Of a DNA stretch of 64,000 nt, positions 57,398 to 64,000 are shown in pieces (the stretch's first letter is position 1; every line of letters starts with the position of its first letter). A program made the position numbers and the translations under genes. The stretch spans positions 47,993-111,992 of IMG/VR virus record IMGVR_UViG_3300035670_000065. One strand, written 5' to 3'. The notes beneath the pieces are model-generated. The model was given only the letters and a program-made list of their open reading frames with translations. It was not told the origin of the DNA and ran no database searches. The DNA comes from a virus.

Positions 57398-57471
57398 AGC
57401 TCAGTAGTGTAACGGCAACACCCCGCTCTTTGACAGCGGTATTTCTGGTTCAAATCCAGACTGGGCCACCA
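57398..57471 (+). tRNA. tRNA-Gln(TTG)
   Basis: CCGCT-CTTTGAC-AGCGG, CCA. Confidence 0.88.
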
Positions 57472-57477
57472 AACAAC

Positions 57478-57552
57478 AATGCCGTGGCCGAGAGTATAGG
57501 CAAACGTCTGCAAAACGTTTTCACGTCAGTTAGAATCTGACCGGCATGTCCA
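57478..57552 (+). tRNA. tRNA-Cys(GCA)
   Basis: Loop CTGCAAA, U73, CCA. Confidence 0.85.
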
Positions 57553-57557
57553 AATTT

Positions 57558-57693
57558 AGTTGCTGCGTATAAAAGAGTTACTTCACACTTGTAATGTCGT
57601 GGTCGGTGGTTCGAATCCACCCCGAAGCCGAAAGCTAAGGTAGCTCAGCTGGATAGAGCACGTAACGTCACTCTTTTAGATCCCTTCCCAACT
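57558..57693 (+). ncRNA. Y-RNA-like RNA 5 (YrlA-type permuted tRNA domain)
   Basis: AGTTG/CAACT ends, GCTGCG...AAAAGAGTTACTTC; T-arm GGTGG-TTCGAAT-CCACC precedes D-arm TAGCTCAGCTGGATAGAGC. Confidence 0.82.
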
Positions 57694-57696
57694 TTT

Positions 57697-57772
57697 GGCT
57701 CGTTCGTATAATGGTATATTACGGCGGATTGTCTATCCGTTCATAACAGTTCGATTCTGTTACGAGTCGCCA
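57697..57772 (+). tRNA. tRNA-Asp(GTC)
   Basis: Loop TTGTCTA, GCCA end. Confidence 0.9.
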
Positions 57773-57778
57773 AACAAT

Positions 57779-57852
57779 GCGTGCATAGTTTAGAGGTAAA
57801 ATCATTGGCTTCCACCCAATAGTCCTCGGTTCGATCCCGAGTGCCCGCACCA
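57779..57852 (+). tRNA. tRNA-Gly(TCC)
   Basis: Loop CTTCCAC, CCA. Confidence 0.9.
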
Positions 57853-57919
57853 GTTACAAAATTTTAATCTTGACCCTAAAGCTAAAACGGCTTATAATAT
57901 ATCTTTAAGTGAGAGAACA

Positions 57920-58087
57920 ATGACCGCGAAGATAATAGAATTTGACCCTAAACCGCAGAAACCTCAGAAGTGTTCGTTCTGTGGCACGTCTAAAAGTAAA
58001 GCCACTAGAATGATACAATCCTCAACCGGAAAGTGTATCTGTGATAAGTGTCTAGCTAAAGTAAAGGCATTATCTGATGCGAATTGA
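57920..58087 (+). CDS. Stand-alone ClpX-type C4 zinc finger, 55 aa
   Basis: MTAKIIEFDPKPQKPQKCSFCGTSKSKATRMIQSSTGKCICDKCLAKVKALSDAN; first gene after promoter 57870. Confidence 0.7.
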   Translation: MTAKIIEFDPKPQKPQKCSFCGTSKSKATRMIQSSTGKCICDKCLAKVKALSDAN

Positions 58088-59162
58088 AGACCCTAAGCTG
58101 TATCCGCTAGAAGCCTTTTTAGATTGGATTCCAGATGCGGGAATCAGTATTACAAAAGAAGTACTAACAAACATTGCCACGTTTTTTAACCTGGGCGGAG
58201 TTATCTGCGAAACCCATGACGAAGTTGTAGATTGTTTAGAATACTTGCGTAAGTGGTACAATATCATAGAACTAGAAGCAAATAATCACGAACTAATACT
58301 AAGGAAAGCAAATGGCCTCTAAATCACGCTCAGCCCATCAAGGCAACCTGTACAAGTCCTACAAAGCTGCAAACCGTTACGAAACTAACCGTAAGCGTAA
58401 GCTGACTCGTCTTGCCAAAGAGCAACCAAACAACGAGCAGATCGCTCAAGCAATGAAGAACATTCATTACCGCCGTAAGACTCCTAAGGCTGCACAGTGG
58501 TCTAAACAGGAGAAGGCTTGGGCACAGATGAAGAAGGACTTCTCTAAGCCGAACTTTGGTTCTCAGCGTAAGATGACTGAGAAAGAGATGTTCAAGCTGC
58601 GTGCGCGAGCGCACGACGGTGAAGGGAATTCGGTGTGGAATTTTTAATCGGATATGCCTTATTTGCCCTAACTACAGCACTCACGTCAGCAATATTACTA
58701 ATGAGGCCAGTCCTTAAAGACTTAGAGCGTGAGGAGCCACTAAACACTATGATCGAGTATAAGTTCATTACTTATCTGACTTTCGGGGTTATCTCCATTC
58801 TAGTGGCTCCTATTATGTTTCTAGCTTGCATTGTGCCAGACAAAAATAACACATTTCGAGATACCCTAGCCAAATCACTGCGAGACTAAAATGAAAATCA
58901 TGTCCTTCACCTATACTAAAGCTAATGGTAATAAGAGTTTCCGTACTGTCGCGGCTCTGTCTGAGCCAAGTGAGAATGTTTTTGGAATTGATATTACTGA
59001 GTTGGAAGATGAGCGTCAAGGACAGTTTCTCTACGAATTGGAAATGTTAGTAGAGAAGCGTAAGATGGAAATGGAAAAGCTGATGGCAGACTTTGATATT
59101 AAGTCTAATTACCGTAGCTTTAAGCCAAGCGGCATGAGCGATATTCATGTAGATGTATAATT

Positions 59163-59254
59163 GGAAGGTTCCCATAATTGGTATTGGAGCGGTTTGCTAA
59201 ACCGTCGGTCTGCTAACCACAGGCTTGTGGGTTCGAGTCCCACACCTTCCGCCA
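59163..59254 (+). tRNA. tRNA-Ser(GCT)
   Basis: Loop TTGCTAA, long variable arm, GCCA end. Confidence 0.92.
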
Positions 59255-59900
59255 CTAAGGAGATTGTTATGCGAATGTAGATAACTTTACAGGAGTATAA
59301 TATGTCTAGAACTTTTAGAAAACAGCCATACACCTGGCGTAGTACAGATCCTTTGTTTGACTGGACGTGTTGCGAGGACGAGGTAGTATGGGAAGATGTA
59401 GAATATGCTTTTATTAACAGAGACTTTGGTCAGTGGTCACGTTACACTTACTATACTGTTAAGTACAAAGCAGATAGCAAAACAGGGAAGAGACTGTTAG
59501 CGCGTAGCAAGATGGACAAGGTTATTACCTTCAAAGAGCCAGGACCCTCGTGGTTTCGTAACCTTTTTGAAGAGCGTCCTCTGCGTCGTAATAGCAAACG
59601 TGAACTTCAGAAGTTCATGTACGATGAAGGCTACGAACCTATCATAGATTCTATCCCGCGCAAAAAGATTTACTGGACATGAACAGCTACACTCGATAAC
59701 CGATAAGAAGCCGGAGTTTCCGGAACTACTGGTGGAAGGCCGAGGAAGTAGGGCTGGCGTTGATTCAATCTCATTCATGTTCATCCTATTCAAGCTAGAA
59801 CAAAACGAGAACGGGATGCGAACCCTAGATATCGACAAAACTAGCCCCTGTCGCAAGGGAACGGTGGACTACCCTGATAAAGTGGCTGCCGTGAAACTAA

Positions 59901-60125
59901 TTCGGTGATGGCAAAGTAAAAGTATTCAAGACACGGGTTCGACTCCCGTCATTTCCAAGACTACGGGAATGTAACGGCTTCGATTGGGTATGACTAGCAA
60001 TGCCGGAGAATCGTCAGCTAAGACGTAAAAACAACGCATAATAAATGCAAACGATGAAAGATATAGCCTAGCTGCTTAAGTTAGGCGAAGGTTTCGGGAC
60101 TGTCCCTTCTTACCAATACAGTCCC
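59901..60125 (+). ncRNA. ssrA: Circularly permuted (two-piece) tmRNA, tag ANDERYSLAA
   Basis: T-arm plus 3' acceptor CATTTCC-A (59950-59957) precede 5' acceptor GGGAATG (59965-59971; G3-U70); tag ORF 60047-60079; 5' boundary approximate. Confidence 0.88.
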
Positions 60126-60513
60126 ATTTTGTTACTATCTTACTCGCCACTTAAGCTAATATATGCGGAGTTTCGTCGACAATAACCTTCCGCGGGTAAT
60201 CAGGAGCACCTGACTTGGGTAGGGTAGTATCAAAATATAAACGGAGTAAATATGGAAAAACTATTAGAGAAGTATGTTGAAAACGAAACTAAAATAGCTA
60301 CCATTAATGGACTCCTAATTGCAGAAGCAATGTGTGCTAGGAAGCTCCAAGAAGTTTACAGTAGAGATATTTTAGATATTATGGGCGACATTGCCGCAGC
60401 TATAGAGGACATTAAAAATGCTTAAGAAATTACTGAAATGGATTGTCACGTTAGAAAGTCCATCTCACAAAAGATTTGCAGAACTAATGTTTCTGACTAA
60501 AAAATAAACTAAT

Positions 60514-60588
60514 GCTACGCTAGCTCAGAGGTAGAGCTCTCGCCTTGTAAGCGAGGGGTCGTCTGTTCGATTCAGACGCGTAGCACCA
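60514..60588 (+). tRNA. tRNA-Thr(TGT)
   Basis: Loop CTTGTAA, CCA. Confidence 0.92.
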
Positions 60589-60589
60589 T

Positions 60590-60665
60590 ATCCCATGAAG
60601 TGTAATGAATTTGCACGCGACGCTACGGACGTTGAAGAACGGTTTGATTCCGGCATGGGGTGCCA
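60590..60665 (+). tRNA. tRNA-Arg(ACG), atypical 8-bp acceptor and short T-stem
   Basis: CGACG-CTACGGA-CGTTG; ATCCCATG/CATGGGGT; CCA. Confidence 0.75.
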
Positions 60666-60671
60666 AACAAC

Positions 60672-60745
60672 GGGGGTAAAGCTTTAAGGTGAAGCAACTG
60701 GCTTTTAACCAGTAGAAGAAGGGCCACTACCTTCTACCCCTACCA
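60672..60745 (+). tRNA. tRNA-Lys(TTT) with a non-canonical T-loop
   Basis: ACTGG-CTTTTAA-CCAGT; T-arm GAAGG-GCCACTA-CCTTC; CCA. Confidence 0.82.
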
Positions 60746-60836
60746 AGATTAGGTAACTGACTCCCGTACAGAGTTGGTGAGGCGCAGAGGACTGCAAGTA
60801 CAGCCAACGGGTTCGAATCCCGTCCTATTAAACAAC

Positions 60837-60912
60837 GCGTGCTTAGCTCAGCTGGTAGAGCGGAACGTTGCCAACGTTCAGGTCGCAGGTTCGAACCCTG
60901 TAGCCCGCGCCA
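60837..60912 (+). tRNA. tRNA-Gly(GCC)
   Basis: Loop TTGCCAA, CCA. Confidence 0.92.
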
Positions 60913-60918
60913 AGTTTA

Positions 60919-61022
60919 ATACGTTGCGTTGTTTAGAGATACTTCATAGGTTCGAATCCCATACCCGGGGCCACTATCCCGGGTCGCCGTTGGTGGCACA
61001 CTCTAACAAATTTTCCTCGTAT
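60919..61022 (+). ncRNA. Y-RNA-like RNA 6 (YrlA-type)
   Basis: ATACG/CGTAT ends, GTTGCG...AGAGATACTTC, T-loop GGTTCGAATCC, closed acceptor CCCGGG/CCCGGG, D-like arm GCC-GTTGGT-GGC. Confidence 0.8.
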
Positions 61023-61029
61023 ATTTAAC

Positions 61030-61497
61030 ATGAAAATACTATTTCTAGATATTGATGGAGTATTAAATAATACTGCCACGTTTATTCACAATAGGCAGAT
61101 GCAAAAGAAGTACGTTGGTTACTCTCATCGTCATTTTGATGAGATAGACCCTAAATTGCTAGCACTTGTAAGACACATATGTGAAGAAACTGGTGCAAAG
61201 ATAGTAATTAGCTCCAGTTGGAGAATTCTTCATACAATGGGTCAAATAATAGAAGTGTTTGAAGCCCAGGGCTGGAAGAACCCACCAGTTATTGATATGA
61301 CTGGACGTTCTGATAATGGATTCAGAGGGCAGGAAGTATACAATTGGATAGAAGGTTGCGAATCCTTAACTGGATATGCTATCCTAGATGACGATGGAGA
61401 CTTCTTTCCTAATCAGCCTTTGTTTAGAACAGATACTAGAATTGGTCTGACTTTCCCAATTGCTGAAGAAGTAATAAAGCATCTACGGTGTTGCTAG
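61030..61497 (+). CDS. HAD-domain protein of the Swiss-Army-knife RNA-repair type
   Basis: ILFLDIDGVLN, IVISSSWR, RGQEV..W, YAILDD, GLT. Confidence 0.82.
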   Translation: MKILFLDIDGVLNNTATFIHNRQMQKKYVGYSHRHFDEIDPKLLALVRHICEETGAKIVISSSWRILHTMGQIIEVFEAQGWKNPPVIDMTGRSDNGFRGQEVYNWIEGCESLTGYAILDDDGDFFPNQPLFRTDTRIGLTFPIAEEVIKHLRCC

Positions 61498-61560
61498 TGT
61501 AGTGGCTGCACGATTGTCTGTGAAACAATCAGAGAGGGTTCGATTCCCCGCTTCACCCCA
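61487..61560 (+). tRNA. tRNA-His(GTG)
   Basis: Loop CTGTGAA, G-1:C73, CCA. Confidence 0.85.
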
Positions 61561-61894
61561 AAAGATTAAAAATTTCTGACTTGATTTTATTCATCGTTGA
61601 GAGTATAATATTATTTATGGCTGAGAGAGATCCGATTAACCCACGAAAGTTTAGAATCTGGGATACCGCAATTCTGCATGAGGCCATGACCGATGCAGTC
61701 GAAATTAAGCATCAACTAGAATCAATTTGTATTAAAGAAGACACTCCTATCAATGAGATCAAACCTACCCTAATTAATAGCAGAATGCTTTATGTATTAG
61801 CTTCCTCATATGTAGAATCTTATGAAAAGCTAATCGCAGAGAATCTGCTGCATATTGGTAGTAAAATTGATAAACTTAAACCCACAATTCACTA

Positions 61895-62584
61895 ATGATA
61901 GGTATATACGCACTTAGATGGGAGGATGAAGATCTTACCTATATAGGTCAATCAAAAGATATTGAAAGAAGATTTGACGAGCATATGCATAGTATGCTTA
62001 AGGGGAAGCACTCCAATATACGAGTGCAAGAAGCATACAATAAGTATGGGCCTCCTATCTTCGCAATTTTGGAAGAGTGCCCTATTGAGAACTTAAATAC
62101 TTCAGAACTTTATTGGTTCAAAGAATTTAATGCAAAATTAAACATTGCTTATCCAGGAAATTACAATATATTACCTTGGGAGCACGCTAATGCTAAATAC
62201 AGTAAATTACAGATTCTGTTGGTTTTTAGGTACTTATCCTTAAGTAGGTTTCATAGTACCGATGAAATTTCGCAGTTGACTGGAGTACTTAAAGATAGTA
62301 TAATATCTATACTTTCTGGGAAATCGCACTTATGGCTAAAAGAAACATATCCGTATGTATATAATCGTATGTTGTCTATTAGACATATTAGGAATGTTGA
62401 AGCCAGTATTAAAGGTAAGTTAGTTCACTCAGTAATACTAATTTCTCCAGAGGGTAAAGAGGTACCTGTAAATAATATAACCGCGTTTGCGAAAGCTAAT
62501 AACTTAGATCAAGCGTGTTTATCAAAAGTTGTAAACAAAGATAGAAAGACCCATAAAGGGTGGAAATTAAAAACTTTTAACTAA
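61895..62584 (+). CDS. GIY-YIG homing endonuclease (related to 38720-39805)
   Basis: IGIYAL...YIGQSKDIERRF; HANAKYSK; C-terminal HKGW. Confidence 0.85.
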   Translation: MIGIYALRWEDEDLTYIGQSKDIERRFDEHMHSMLKGKHSNIRVQEAYNKYGPPIFAILEECPIENLNTSELYWFKEFNAKLNIAYPGNYNILPWEHANAKYSKLQILLVFRYLSLSRFHSTDEISQLTGVLKDSIISILSGKSHLWLKETYPYVYNRMLSIRHIRNVEASIKGKLVHSVILISPEGKEVPVNNITAFAKANNLDQACLSKVVNKDRKTHKGWKLKTFN

Positions 62585-62602
62585 AAAGAAGGATACAAAA
62601 TA

Positions 62603-62968
62603 ATGGCCGCTTGGACAGATGAAGATAAGCAAAAGGTAATCGCAGCGTATAAAGCAGCTAACCCTACTCTCGAGAACTCAACTGAAATTATCAAAGGCAT
62701 TGCCGAGGACATGGATCAATCCCCTAATGGGATTCGTATGATCCTAGTGCAAGCTCAAGTATATGTAAAGAAAGAAGCCGCTAAGGGCGGAGACACTAAG
62801 AAAGAAGGCTCCGGCGAAGGCACAAAGCGTGTTAGCAAGGAGTCCCAAATTGCCGCACTTCGCGCGGAAATCGAAAACATTGGAGCAAACGTAGACGACG
62901 AAATTCTGGAGAAGCTTACTGGTAAGGCTGCTGCTTATTTCGTAACGGTGCTCAAGCACGTTAAGTAA
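62603..62968 (+). CDS. Conserved T5-like hypothetical protein (A2-related HTH)
   Basis: WTDEDK...SPNGIRMILVQAQVYVKK...KLTGKAAAYF. Confidence 0.6.
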   Translation: MAAWTDEDKQKVIAAYKAANPTLENSTEIIKGIAEDMDQSPNGIRMILVQAQVYVKKEAAKGGDTKKEGSGEGTKRVSKESQIAALRAEIENIGANVDDEILEKLTGKAAAYFVTVLKHVK

Positions 62969-63287
62969 AGTAAAAGGCAGCCATAGTGCTGCCTTTTTTC
63001 ATTGGAGAATATATGCCTGCATATCCTACGAAATGGTACATTAGTTGGATTAGCTTCTTTGATAATGAGCTGCACATGGACGAGTGTTACGCGGTAAGTC
63101 ACGAACACGCCCTAAAGCAAGCCTACGCTAGACTTACAGATACCGAGTACGAAGAAGAATGTAATGTAGATGTTAGACAGGCTGCTTTCGACTGTGATGG
63201 AATGATAGCTGCATTTAGTGATAACTATACTACATCATTACAGCAAGAAAACAGGGAACTTCTTAGAGAACTAAAAAGGACACAGTA

Positions 63288-63890
63288 ATGGCTCGTAAAC
63301 GCGCAGGTAGTGATGAGGAACGCCTTGATGACGCTTCTATGGAGCGCGTTATCGGCTACCTAAAAGAAAAGGGCGCTACTAAGAAGGCCGCTTGCCAGAT
63401 GCTCAACATTAGTTACAATACTACACGTCTGGATAAGCTGATCGAAGGGCATCTTAAGCGTAAAGAGGATGAGGCACGTCGGAGAGCAGAGAAACGTGGA
63501 AAACCAGCAACTAAAGAAGAAGTCAGTTACGTTATCACAGAGTACTTGTCAGGCAATACGCTCGAAAGTATTTCTAGGTCTATTTACCGTGGCACAACCT
63601 TTGTGCACAACATCCTACGTGAGTACGCGGTTCCTGAGAGAAACACCTCAGTGGATTACTTCCGCCCGCGTCTCATCCCCGATGACGCAGTTCGTTCAGA
63701 GTTCTCTCTCGGAGAGCTTGTCTACTCTGCGAGATATGATACACTGGCAAATATCGTGTCGGAAATTCCACACAGAGATGGTAAAGTCTATCGCGTATGG
63801 CTAAAGGGTGATTGGCAGCAGTACGCTGCACAACCAGCCTGGGAGCTGGCATCTTTAGCTAAACTGAGAGAAGAAGGAATAACAGTATGA
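63288..63890 (+). CDS. Conserved T5-like hypothetical protein (HTH)
   Basis: GATKKAACQMLNISYNTTRL...AAQPAWELASL. Confidence 0.6.
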   Translation: MARKRAGSDEERLDDASMERVIGYLKEKGATKKAACQMLNISYNTTRLDKLIEGHLKRKEDEARRRAEKRGKPATKEEVSYVITEYLSGNTLESISRSIYRGTTFVHNILREYAVPERNTSVDYFRPRLIPDDAVRSEFSLGELVYSARYDTLANIVSEIPHRDGKVYRVWLKGDWQQYAAQPAWELASLAKLREEGITV

Positions 63891-64000
63891 TGTTTAATTA
63901 CTGTATAGGCAGATACTACAAGGAAGAATCAGAGTGGCATCAGAAACAATTTGGAGATCTGATATCTCCTTATAGCTTCTTTAATAGAGACATACAGTAT

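Noticed and set aside
59741-59850. RNase P RNA (GAGGAAG... ACAAAAC...)
   Set aside because: Lacks GAGGAAAGUCC and the P4 partner strand.

Overview
A 64 kb segment of a lytic T5-like (Demerecviridae-type) siphophage. The host is probably a betaproteobacterium (inferred from the tmRNA tag ANDERYSLAA, the permuted tmRNA and SdhR-like boxes). 1-29.7 kb, minus strand: the virion operon in T5 order (tail fibres, tail tip, 2935-aa tape measure, frameshifted chaperones, major tail, head-tail proteins, protease-capsid fusion, portal, HNH, terminases), with a TPR-glycosyltransferase between terL and terS. About 29.7-36.5 kb: a probable terminal-repeat/pre-early region with A2-like paralogues, SprT proteases, a HAD phosphatase and a DEDDh exonuclease. 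Its intergenic DNA is packed with apparent host-protein sites: five inverted IHF pairs, four sigma54 boxes, six OmpR/RstA-type direct repeats, SdhR-like and SlmA-like palindromes. About 39.9-64 kb, plus strand: an early region with 26 tRNAs covering all 20 amino acids, a permuted tmRNA, a Ro60/TROVE gene with six Y-RNA-like genes (shared scaffold, different cargo), an ArfA-like peptide, a stand-alone ClpX zinc finger, a ~1.3 kb ORF-free structured RNA containing a hammerhead ribozyme, and a tandem-pseudoknot RNA. All calls were made by eye, with no database searches or folding programs run.
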